Assembly: GCA_964462715.1 (NCBI GenBank)
Contig: CAYWYW010000001.1
Coordinates: forward strand, 1 to 55,544
Reading direction: 5' to 3'
From: an uncultured Oscillibacter sp.
Lineage (GTDB): Bacteria; Bacillota; Clostridia; Oscillospirales; Oscillospiraceae
DNA length: 55,544 nt
Position 1 is the first letter of the stretch. Every line of letters starts with the position of its first letter. Position numbers and translations under genes: made by a program. Positions 39,708 to 48,671 of this stretch are shown here, piece by piece. Under the pieces are notes generated by a model. That model made no database searches. It was given only the letters and a program-made list of their open reading frames with translations, and was not told where the DNA came from.

Positions 39708-39822
39708 AATGGCACGGTCCATTGTTTGAATTCACAAAAAATTTAAGAGAAGTAAGGTACTATTGTCAATTGTTTTCGTGGTGCACAGACGCTATAATAA
39801 CAATCAATGGAACGATCCATTG
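39708..39822. promoter_or_regulatory. Two LacI-type operators in the divergent promoter
   Basis: AATGGCACGGTCCATT (39708-39723) and CAATGGAACGATCCATTG (39805-39822); TATAAT at 39793. Confidence 0.7.
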
Positions 39823-39855
39823 TTCGTAAAATACTATTGAAGGAGGAGTGCATAC

Positions 39856-40896
39856 GTGATTTCAGAAGCTTATAAAACGCTTCTCCAGTACACTGGCAGT
39901 CCCGATCAGGTGTTTTATGCTCAGCGGATGACGTTGCGGGACGGCAGGGCAGACCGACTCGAAGTGATCGATGTTGATAACGGCACCGGATTACATTTCT
40001 GGGTCCTGCCCGGGCGTTGTATGGACATCGGGCGGCTGTCTCTGCATGGTGAAAACCTTTCTTTTCTCAGTAAGGCGGGCTTTTCCAATGCTGCGCATTA
40101 TGAGCCTGACGGCATGAATGGCCTGCACTCGTTCGCACCGGGGTTTTTGACAACCTGTGGCCTACGAAACTCCGGCCTGCCTTGTTTTGTTGGGGGAGAG
40201 GCCTTTGGGTTTCATGGCCGGATTGGCCAGACACCTGCTGAAGAAATCAGCATTCTGCGGGATATGGACGGGGAAGCTCCCTGCATTCGGATTACCGGTC
40301 GCACCAGAGAGGGCTGGTTATTCGGGCCGCATTTGGAGTTGGAGAGGTCGATCACAGTTTATTATGGCAGAAATGAGTTGCACATCGAAGACCGTGTCAG
40401 GAATCTCGCAGCGGTAGCGGAGCCTGTTATGATGCTGTATCATTTCAATATGGGCTATCCTTTTTTGACGGAAAACTGTGAATTTCTGACCTCACATGCG
40501 TATTTGCATCCTGTGGATGAGAACGCGAAACGGCTGGAAAATCAGCGCTTGCATTTCAAGGCCCCCGCGGATCAAATCCCCGAGAATTGCTTCTATTATA
40601 AGCAACAGCGAAATGATGAGGGAAGTGCTTTCGCGGCATGCGTTGATTATGTAAAAATGAGGGCGGTCATGGTCTGTACGGATCCCGAGGAGTTACCGCT
40701 GCTTTGTAATTGGCAAAGTTGGGCCAGCGGTGATTATGTTATGGGAATTGAGCCTTGCACCTGCTTCGGAGATGGACGGGCAGCCCATCTGGAAAGAGGA
40801 GAGATGGTCTTGCTGGAGCCCTATGAGAGCCGCTCACATCATTTGACAGTCCGGTTTCTGGAGGGAGCGGAGACAGCGTCTCTTTTCACAAAATAA
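39856..40896 (+). CDS. Aldose 1-epimerase-like protein (DUF4432)
   Basis: GRCMDI, FLTTCGL, HGRI, MLYHFNMGYP, MGIEP. Confidence 0.83.
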   Translation: MISEAYKTLLQYTGSPDQVFYAQRMTLRDGRADRLEVIDVDNGTGLHFWVLPGRCMDIGRLSLHGENLSFLSKAGFSNAAHYEPDGMNGLHSFAPGFLTTCGLRNSGLPCFVGGEAFGFHGRIGQTPAEEISILRDMDGEAPCIRITGRTREGWLFGPHLELERSITVYYGRNELHIEDRVRNLAAVAEPVMMLYHFNMGYPFLTENCEFLTSHAYLHPVDENAKRLENQRLHFKAPADQIPENCFYYKQQRNDEGSAFAACVDYVKMRAVMVCTDPEELPLLCNWQSWASGDYVMGIEPCTCFGDGRAAHLERGEMVLLEPYESRSHHLTVRFLEGAETASLFTK

Positions 40897-40958
40897 TGAG
40901 AACCACTGCGAAAGCGGTTCAAGAATAGATCCAAATTTTATTTATAGGAGGATTTCAT

Positions 40959-41939
40959 ATGAAACTCGGCGTTTTGACTTGTCTGTATAGCGACAGAAGC
41001 CTGGCGGATACTCTGGCATTGGTAGACAAGAAGGGGCTCAAGGCTGTTGAGTTGGGCTCCGGTGGTGTTGTTGGCACTGCGCACTGTGACCCTGATGTGC
41101 TACTGAACGATCCCAAGGCCCTGGAAGCCTTCAAGGATACCTTCAAGCCCTATGACATCACTATCTCCGCTCTGTCCTGCCATGAGAACCAGCTGCATCC
41201 CGATATGAACCTGCGCAAGGAGTTCAACCGCCAGTTGAAAAACAACATCCTACTGGCGGAGAAGCTGGGTGTACCTGTGGTCAATAACTTCTCCGGCTGC
41301 CCTGGTGAGCCTGGCGGCAAGTATCCCAATTGGGTCACCCAGCCCTGGCCCGATGACTTCGAGAAGCTCTATGACTGGCAGTGGGAAAAGGAAGCCATTC
41401 CCTTCTGGACCGAGATGGGCAAGTTCGCCGAGGATCACGGCGTAAAGATCGGCATCGAGATGCACCCCGGCTTTATGGTCTACAACCCCGAGTCCATGTT
41501 GAAGCTGCACAACAACACCTCCAAAGCGATTTGCTGCAACTTCGATCCTTCCAACATCGTGTGGCAGGATGTTGATATCTGTACCGCTCTGCGTGAGCTG
41601 AAGGATTGCATCGTCCACTTCCACGCCAAGGACAGCATCGAGTGCTGGCAGAACATCGCGAAAAATGGCCGTATCGATCCCAAGAATTACAATACCTATA
41701 AGGCAGACCGTCAGTGGCTGTTCCGTACTGTTGGCTATGGCCATGATGAGTTCTACTGGAAGCGCATTATGTCCACTCTGGTCGACATAGGCTATGACTA
41801 TGTGGTCTCCATCGAGCACGAGGATACTTATATGACGCAGGAGGAAGGACTGGATAAGGCGATCAACTTCCTGAAGAACGTCATTATCTTCGATAAGGCC
41901 GGTGAACTGACCTGGGCGAATGTTGACCTGCGCAATTGA
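40959..41939 (+). CDS. Sugar phosphate isomerase/epimerase (AP endonuclease 2 TIM barrel)
   Basis: IEMHP, NFDPS, HFHAKD, SIEHED metal motifs. Confidence 0.9.
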   Translation: MKLGVLTCLYSDRSLADTLALVDKKGLKAVELGSGGVVGTAHCDPDVLLNDPKALEAFKDTFKPYDITISALSCHENQLHPDMNLRKEFNRQLKNNILLAEKLGVPVVNNFSGCPGEPGGKYPNWVTQPWPDDFEKLYDWQWEKEAIPFWTEMGKFAEDHGVKIGIEMHPGFMVYNPESMLKLHNNTSKAICCNFDPSNIVWQDVDICTALRELKDCIVHFHAKDSIECWQNIAKNGRIDPKNYNTYKADRQWLFRTVGYGHDEFYWKRIMSTLVDIGYDYVVSIEHEDTYMTQEEGLDKAINFLKNVIIFDKAGELTWANVDLRN

Positions 41940-41977
41940 TTTGCTGACCGTACTAAAATAGAAAGGGGACCTCTGTT

Positions 41978-43069
41978 ATGTTGAAATTTGGTATCGTTGG
42001 TGCAGGAAAGGGTTCTTTCATCGCTGATGTCCATCTGCGCGGCATTGAAGCCACCCATAAGGCTGAGCTGGTTGCCGGCTGTTTCTCCAGAAAGCCCGAT
42101 GTAAACAAGGAGTGTGGTGAGGCGCGCGGTATCGCTGTCGACCGTATCTATGCCAACGCGTTTGAGATGGCTGAGAAAGAGGGCCAGCGCGAGGATGGTA
42201 TTGACTTCGTCGTCATCACGACCCCCAATGTATTCCACTATGAAATCGCAAAGGCATTTTTGAACGCAGGTATCAACGTTTCCTCCGATAAGCCCGTCAC
42301 CACGGACGAGTGGCAGGCCAAGGAACTGAAGGAACTGGCCGAGAGCAAGGGCCTGAAGTTCTGCGTAACTTTCACCTACTCAGGTTATCCCATTCTGCAG
42401 CATGCCCGCGAGATGATCCGCAGAGGCGATTTGGGTGATATCGTTATGGTCATGGGCGAGTATGCTCAGGACTGGATGGCCGGCAACACCGGTATCGCCC
42501 CCTGGCGTGTGGAACCCGAGTTCACTGGACGCATGAACAGCGTTTCTGATATTGGTTCTCACGTTGCATTCACTGTGAACTATCTGACTGGGCTAGAAGT
42601 CAGCGAGGTCTGCTCCGTTCTGGATAATGCCCAGTATAAGACCGATATCAACTCCAGCGTCATGATGAAATACGACAATGGTGCCACCGGCATCATCTGG
42701 GCAAGCCAGGTGGCGCACGGTAATGACAATGGCATCCGTGTCCGCATCTATGGTACCAAGGGCTCCATTGAGTGGAAGAATGAGGACGCCGAACGCTTCC
42801 AGCTGACGCTGGACGGTGAACCGCCTATGATCATTTCCAAGGGTCGTAGCTATCTGCCTGAGTTCCCCTATGGCAGTGCGGGCCGCCTGCCCGCAGGCCA
42901 TCATGAGGGCCTGTACTACTGCTTCGCAAACATCTATGGTCCCTTTATTGATGATATTGAAGGCAATGGCGGTGCTTATTATCCCTCCATTACGGATGGC
43001 CTTCGGATTATGCATTGGCTCGAGGGCTGCTATGCTTCCAATCAGGATAAGGCCTGGGTCAAGCTGTAA
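41978..43069 (+). CDS. Gfo/Idh/MocA oxidoreductase
   Basis: GIVGAG, TPNVFH, DKP, DIGSH. Confidence 0.9.
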   Translation: MLKFGIVGAGKGSFIADVHLRGIEATHKAELVAGCFSRKPDVNKECGEARGIAVDRIYANAFEMAEKEGQREDGIDFVVITTPNVFHYEIAKAFLNAGINVSSDKPVTTDEWQAKELKELAESKGLKFCVTFTYSGYPILQHAREMIRRGDLGDIVMVMGEYAQDWMAGNTGIAPWRVEPEFTGRMNSVSDIGSHVAFTVNYLTGLEVSEVCSVLDNAQYKTDINSSVMMKYDNGATGIIWASQVAHGNDNGIRVRIYGTKGSIEWKNEDAERFQLTLDGEPPMIISKGRSYLPEFPYGSAGRLPAGHHEGLYYCFANIYGPFIDDIEGNGGAYYPSITDGLRIMHWLEGCYASNQDKAWVKL

Positions 43070-43182
43070 TTCTCAATTCTCTCAGATTGCCGGCCTTTCC
43101 TTTGAAAGACCGGCAATCTGCATGTAAACGATAGTCATGATTATACTGCTTGTCTGAAGCGGAAGAAAGGGAGTCAACTGCT

Positions 43183-44034
43183 ATGCAATCTATTGAACAG
43201 CTGATGAACGGAAAAGTTGCCATCGTCACCGGCGGTAATACCGGTATCGGATATGGTTGCGCGGAAGTGTTTGTGGATGCCGGCATGAATGTTGTCATTG
43301 CTGCGAGACGCGAGGATCTGGGCAGGGAGGCAGCGGAAAAGCTGACCGCAAGAGGCGGTGGTGAATGTACGTTCTTCCCCTGCGATGTTTCTAAGCCCGA
43401 GCAGGTGAAGTCGCTTGTGGACTATACCGTGGAAAAGTACGGTCGTTTGGACGGCATCGTCAATAATGCGGGCTATGTCCCGGCACATCTGGACGCCTGC
43501 GATATGAGTATCGAGAGCTATCAGAATGTTCTGGCCTGCAACCTGATGGGAGAATTCTATGGTTGCAAATACGCCATCCCGCATCTGCGCAAGACCAAGG
43601 GAGCTATTGTCAATATGTCCAGCATTCTTGCAAAGGTGGGTCAGGAGCAGACTGCCGGATATTCTTCCACAAAGGGCGGTATTATCTCTCTGACGCAGAC
43701 GCTGTCCATCGAAGAAGCCCGCCACGGCGTCCGTGTGAACGCCATTTGCCCGGGTCACATTGTCACGGACCTTTTCCTCAATGAGATGAAAAAAGTCGCA
43801 GACCCTGAAGCATACGCGGAGCGTTGCGACCATTATTCTTGGCTTGGGCGCGGTGGTACACCTCAGGAAATAGGCACGACAGCACTGTTTCTGCTTAGTC
43901 CCTGGGCCAGCTATATTACTGGAGTCGCACTGAATGTCTCTGGTGGAATGGAGTTCGGCACCATTCCTAAATACTATGCATTTGACGCTTCGGCAGAGAG
44001 GATGAAGACAGATGAAGCCAACGGTATGCATTGA
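43183..44034 (+). CDS. SDR oxidoreductase, HSD17B14/L-fucose dehydrogenase-like
   Basis: TGGNTGIG, NNAG, YSSTK; RBS AAAGGGAG. Confidence 0.88.
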   Translation: MQSIEQLMNGKVAIVTGGNTGIGYGCAEVFVDAGMNVVIAARREDLGREAAEKLTARGGGECTFFPCDVSKPEQVKSLVDYTVEKYGRLDGIVNNAGYVPAHLDACDMSIESYQNVLACNLMGEFYGCKYAIPHLRKTKGAIVNMSSILAKVGQEQTAGYSSTKGGIISLTQTLSIEEARHGVRVNAICPGHIVTDLFLNEMKKVADPEAYAERCDHYSWLGRGGTPQEIGTTALFLLSPWASYITGVALNVSGGMEFGTIPKYYAFDASAERMKTDEANGMH

Positions 44035-44917
44035 AAAGCCCGCTGTTCTGGGAGAAGGGCCATGGTGGGATACCGCAGAGCAGAAACTGTGGTGGATCGA
44101 TGGCCTTTCTGAATTTGGACAAGGAGACAACCTTCATTGTTACGATCCGAAGTCCGGCGGAGATACCAGATGGCATATTGGTAAGCATATCGGATGTGCG
44201 ATCCCCACAGAGGACGGCCGGGTCCTGATGACATTGCAGGACGGCATCTGGCTGTTCGATCCTGCAGTTGGCTCTTTGCAGGAGGTCAGTGCATTAGAGC
44301 GTGAGATTGAGAATAACCGGCTCAATGACGGAAAATGTGACTCCCACGGCAGGCTTTGGTTTGGCAGCATGTCCATGACGGCCAATCAGCCGGAACGAGA
44401 ATTTGAAGTGACCGGCAGCTTCTATAAGATGGAGCAGCGCGGCTGTGTTAAAAAGTACTTTGACGGAGTTGGCATCTCCAATGGCCTTATTTGGAATAAG
44501 GATGAAACGAAGATGTACTATGTGGATTCCACGACACAGTGCATTTTTGCGTTCGACTTTGATGCAGAACAGGGAGAGATCTCTAACCGCAGAGAGATCA
44601 TACGCGTGGATGAGGAGGAGGGCGTGCCCGACGGTATGACGATCGATGCTGAGGGAAAACTCTGGGTGGCCCATTTTGGTGGATGGAAGGTTTCCAGATT
44701 TGATCCGGATACCGGCGAATGTCTGGCAGAGATCCGGCTGCCTTGTGAGCAGGTCACATGTTGCTGCTTTGGTGGAAAAGAATTAGATACACTCTATATT
44801 ACGACTGCCAGTATCGGACTGAGTCCTGAGCAGAGAGCGGAGCAGCCCTTGGCTGGATGTCTGTTTGCTGTAAAGCCAGGGATCTGTGGAACTCCCCTTA
44901 ATAGATTCCGGGTATGA
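44012..44917 (+). CDS. SMP-30/gluconolactonase family protein
   Basis: LGEGPWW, RLNDGKCD, SNGL, PDGMTIDAEG. Confidence 0.92.
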   Translation: MKPTVCIEKPAVLGEGPWWDTAEQKLWWIDGLSEFGQGDNLHCYDPKSGGDTRWHIGKHIGCAIPTEDGRVLMTLQDGIWLFDPAVGSLQEVSALEREIENNRLNDGKCDSHGRLWFGSMSMTANQPEREFEVTGSFYKMEQRGCVKKYFDGVGISNGLIWNKDETKMYYVDSTTQCIFAFDFDAEQGEISNRREIIRVDEEEGVPDGMTIDAEGKLWVAHFGGWKVSRFDPDTGECLAEIRLPCEQVTCCCFGGKELDTLYITTASIGLSPEQRAEQPLAGCLFAVKPGICGTPLNRFRV

Positions 44918-44932
44918 CGAAAGGACGGTTGC

Positions 44933-45988
44933 ATGAAAGCATTGAGAAAACTCCATTCGGGAGAGGGCGGCGTGCAGCTGTGTGACGTTGTAATCCCGGA
45001 GCCGGCAGCGGATGAGATTCGCATTAAGGTAGCCTATGTGGGTATCTGTGGGACAGATATGCATATCATTGAGGATGAGTATGATGCGGCCATGCCGGTA
45101 ACAATGGGTCATGAATACAGTGGGATCGTTGACTGCGTTGGAGCGGATGTGTCGGACTTTTCCGTTGGCGACCGTGTAATCTCTATGACAGTGGGGTATG
45201 CCTGTGGAAAGTGCCAATGCTGCCGACAGGGCAATGAACTGAAATGCCCGGAGAGAAAGTCTATTGGCTCCGGGATGGACGGTGCCATGGCAGACTATGT
45301 GGTAGTGAATGCAGACCGTGCTTTTCTTGTTCCGGAAGGGGTCTCTTTGAAGACTGCAGCTCTTTCAGAGCCCATCAGCTGTTGTGCTCGGTCTGTTATT
45401 GAGGTCTCTAAGATTCGGGCTGGAGATTTCGTCTATGTATCAGGTCCTGGTATCATGGGGCAGTTGGTGGCTCAGTTGGTCCACCTGTGCGGTGCTCATG
45501 TCACGGTTGGCGGTACTTCTGCTGATACAGAACGCCTTGCCCTGGCCAAAAAGTTGGGGGCGGATGTCACAGTGGATATTTCACAGTGCGACATCTATCA
45601 GAGGACTCTGGAGATTACTCACGGTAATGGTTTTGACGTTGTCTACGAATGTGCGGGCGCCCGCGCCTCCGCAGACACCTGTTTGCGTGTGCTTCGAAAA
45701 ATGGGGCAATATGTGCAGGTTTGTTTGTTTGGCAAGGCAATCCCATTTGATATGGACGCTGCCTTGGTAGGTGAAAAGCATATCGTCAATAGCTTTGCGG
45801 CTGACAGAAGTTCCTTCCAATTAACGCTACGGCTTTTAGAACAAGACCGCCTGCGGCTTGAGGACTTAATCACCGGCATCTATCCACTTGATCAATGGGA
45901 GGATGCCGTTGCTGCCGTGCGAAGTAAGACGGGATACAAGGTTCTCATGCAACCGGCACCTGAACCTTTCTCCTCTAAAGATAATTGA
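44933..45988 (+). CDS. Zn-dependent sugar alcohol dehydrogenase
   Basis: GICGTD, GHE, CGKCQCC...C, GPGIMG. Confidence 0.9.
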   Translation: MKALRKLHSGEGGVQLCDVVIPEPAADEIRIKVAYVGICGTDMHIIEDEYDAAMPVTMGHEYSGIVDCVGADVSDFSVGDRVISMTVGYACGKCQCCRQGNELKCPERKSIGSGMDGAMADYVVVNADRAFLVPEGVSLKTAALSEPISCCARSVIEVSKIRAGDFVYVSGPGIMGQLVAQLVHLCGAHVTVGGTSADTERLALAKKLGADVTVDISQCDIYQRTLEITHGNGFDVVYECAGARASADTCLRVLRKMGQYVQVCLFGKAIPFDMDAALVGEKHIVNSFAADRSSFQLTLRLLEQDRLRLEDLITGIYPLDQWEDAVAAVRSKTGYKVLMQPAPEPFSSKDN

Positions 45989-46027
45989 TCATTTCAGGGC
46001 CTGAAAAGAACTTTTGAGAGAATACAG

Positions 46028-46070
46028 GGAGTTGCTGCGGAATTATTTTTTCTGCAGCAACTCCTTTTTT
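46028..46070 (+). terminator. Intrinsic terminator ending the sugar operon
   Basis: GGAGTTGCTGC...GCAGCAACTCC followed by T-tract. Confidence 0.8.
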
Positions 46071-46515
46071 CTGTGTAGTTTTTTCCAAAATTCAGGTATA
46101 TACAGTACATAGTATTCAAAAATCGATCCATCATACTCAAAGGAGCATTAAAATGAAGCAAATTAAAGTCATATTGAATGTATCGGAGGAAGACATATGT
46201 TGACGATCGGATACGTTATGCGTAACAAATAGAAATTCCACATAAACGCCACATAGATTCTGGTATGATAGCCAACCCGTTTAGTTCATGGTAAACTGAT
46301 ACCGTATTGATTCAATGAACTTCCCCGGAACGGGCCTTGTTATGTGGTGAGCTGAGGATGCGGAGCATCCCGGCAGATTGAATTTTTTTGCCTGGAATAC
46401 GCTTGCGTTCTCAAACGGCAACGTTGTGCGTATCCCTCTTTCTGTAAAATGCCAAAAATAATTTCAAATTAGACACAGATCAACACGAAATAACATCAGA
46501 TAAACTCTCGGAAGT

Positions 46516-46547
46516 TTGACATCTGCGGTATTTTGTGCTAATATAAT
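46516..46547 (+). promoter_or_regulatory. Strong sigma-A promoter upstream of the structured region
   Basis: TTGACA-N17-TAATAT with extended -10 TG; TATAAT overlapping at 46542. Confidence 0.7.
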
Positions 46548-46550
46548 TTT

Positions 46551-47460
46551 GTTTTTATTAGATATGCCCACTCCCGGCCAGTGGAGATTGCTAAGTTGTG
46601 AGGCGAACCCTCTGGATGTGGTCGCCATGGCTCTGCACGATTGTGCAGCATTAATTGCCCCTCAGAGGCATTGGGATCTGTTTCCGTCCGTCTGATGGTT
46701 TCTGTGGCTTTGCACCCATGGAACTTCGGCGTTTGCTCACATGATCGTGCGCAGGAATGCTGTGGAAATAGGATCGGTTTGGGTTTTACCTGCTTTTGCA
46801 GGTATTGTAGGTATTTGGGATAGCACTGCTTCGTTTGATCGTGCCGTCCCGGTTTGAGGATGAATATTGTTTACTAGAGGTCTGAAAAAGGCGAAAGCCG
46901 TTTTCAGACCTTTTTGTATCCATTTTTGAAGAAGAAAGCCCGGTTCCGGTCTTGTCTCCCTGAACTGCAGCGGGCGAGGAGGTTTTTGTATGTTGATGTT
47001 TTTGATTATTAGAGGAAATGATTTCAGACCGGTCTGGACTGCCGGTCACTTCCGCTTCTGGCAAAGCGTGAGGTCCTTTTGTTGTGTTATCCAGTTGTGC
47101 CAGCAACTGGGCTTTGTATCCGGGCAGTCAGAGTGTCCGGCCGGTTATGCGAAGTATCTCCAGCAAATCAGACCTGCACCGGAAGGTCAAAGAACACCAG
47201 CGGCATTGATGCCGCAGCCGTTCCCAACGGTCGTGTTCGCCGCAGTCTTACCAGGCAGGGAGCTTCCATCCCTATGCGGCGTTGATACTAAACAGCCAAT
47301 TTCATAAACAGAGACAGAGAACGGAACAGAGTTCCTGAGCGCTGATACGGCAAGGTTTCCTCATGTGATCGCTTCCTGTTTCTGCGGAGATCATCCGGAA
47401 ACGGGATGTTTGTGCCAGCGGGTGTACTGCGTCCATTGGGCATTTCAGAACACAGGAGGA
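46551..47460 (+). ncRNA. Putative long structured non-coding RNA/leader upstream of a tyrosine recombinase
   Basis: More than a dozen stem-loops visible by eye, an internal terminator-like hairpin at 46876-46915, and no convincing protein family. Confidence 0.45.
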
Positions 47461-47470
47461 ACCTTTTTAT

Positions 47471-48388
47471 ATGAGAATCAAGATTCAACAAGTCGGCATT
47501 TACGAGACACTGGTTGCACAGTTGGATCGTATTTTCCGGCACAACCGGCAAGGCAGCTTTCATACGAAGCGGCGTTATTATGAGGCAATGAAGCGGTTCT
47601 GTGCCTATCTGGCCGATGTGTACCATCTGCAGAAGCTGTCCAACATCAGCGGCAAGCATCTGGTCAGTTATGTGATCTATCTGCAGGACACCGGTAAATC
47701 GGCCAGTACCATCAAAACGGATCTGGCGGCCATCCGGTTTTTCCACGACAAAATGGATCACAAGTACACGCTGCCTTCCAATGACGAGTTGGGTATCACG
47801 TTGGAACGCCGCAGGTTCGGACAGGATGACCGCACCTGGAGCATGACGGAGTTCAACAAGATGCTGGGCAAGGCATTGGCGATCGACCGCTATGACTTCA
47901 TCCTTGCCCTGTACTTAGCCCGGTATGCCGGCCTGCGTATCCATGAGTGTTTCCGCATCGACACCGCAACGGCGGAGCGGGCGCTCCGGGAGAACGCCAT
48001 TACCATCAAGGGAAAGGGCGGTAAGGTGCGGACTGTCCCCATCAACGAGAAAATTGCCATTGCCATGCGGAGGCAGATGGAACGCACGCCACGGGGACAT
48101 AAGCTGCTGGTGCCCGATGACATGCCCACGGATAGGGCCATCAACCACCTGCAATTCTTCATTATGAAGCACCGGGGCGAAGTGCGGGATGTGGATTCTG
48201 ACCGTCCTATGACCTTTCACGGACTCCGCCATACATACGCAACGGAGAAGTACCAGGAACTGGTCAGCAGCGGCAAGAGTCCTCTGGACGCTCATTTCGA
48301 AGTTTCCCGACTGTTGGGCCATGAGCGGCCGGATGTGACCAATATCTATCTGGCCTCTGTGAGAAAGGAGACCGTGGATGAACACTAA
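47471..48388 (+). CDS. Second tyrosine recombinase (N-terminal SAM-like + catalytic domain)
   Basis: AGLRIHE (R), KGKGGK (K), HGLRH, LLGH, IY (Tyr); RBS AGGAGG. Confidence 0.92.
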   Translation: MRIKIQQVGIYETLVAQLDRIFRHNRQGSFHTKRRYYEAMKRFCAYLADVYHLQKLSNISGKHLVSYVIYLQDTGKSASTIKTDLAAIRFFHDKMDHKYTLPSNDELGITLERRRFGQDDRTWSMTEFNKMLGKALAIDRYDFILALYLARYAGLRIHECFRIDTATAERALRENAITIKGKGGKVRTVPINEKIAIAMRRQMERTPRGHKLLVPDDMPTDRAINHLQFFIMKHRGEVRDVDSDRPMTFHGLRHTYATEKYQELVSSGKSPLDAHFEVSRLLGHERPDVTNIYLASVRKETVDEH

Positions 48389-48575
48389 ATATCGCTCTTA
48401 CGATGAACTCCCTCTGACCCTTCGGGTAGAGGACTTAACATCCATTCTCGACATCGGGAGAAATACAGCTTATGAGCTGGTCCGCTGCAAAAAGATCCGC
48501 AGCATTCGGATCGGCAAGCAGCTCCGCATCCCAAAAGATGCCTTGGTTGAGTATCTTTCCAGCGAGAACCGATGA
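48378..48575 (+). CDS. Excisionase-like HTH protein
   Basis: LRVEDLTSILDIGRNTAYELV...IRIGKQLRIPK. Confidence 0.88.
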   Translation: MNTKYRSYDELPLTLRVEDLTSILDIGRNTAYELVRCKKIRSIRIGKQLRIPKDALVEYLSSENR

Positions 48576-48592
48576 TTTCATAAAATGTTGAA

Positions 48593-48651
48593 TTGACCGC
48601 ATTCTGTGGTTGGGGTACAATAAAAGTACCCTAACCACGGAATCGGTCGGC
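48593..48651 (+). promoter_or_regulatory. Integrase promoter within a large inverted repeat
   Basis: TTGACC-N17-TACAAT; arms GACCGCATTCTGTGGTTGGGGTAC / GTACCCTAACCACGGAATCGGTC. Confidence 0.65.
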
Positions 48652-48671
48652 GCGCGGAAAGGAGTATAAAC

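Noticed and set aside
46141-46232. Two tiny RBS-preceded ORFs (16 and 11 codons)
   Set aside because: Too short to support without conservation data
46990-47307. 105-aa ORF with a GAGGAGG RBS inside the structured region
   Set aside because: No recognisable domain and it overlaps dense hairpins; not called as a CDS, though a leader peptide cannot be excluded without ribosome profiling or dN/dS data
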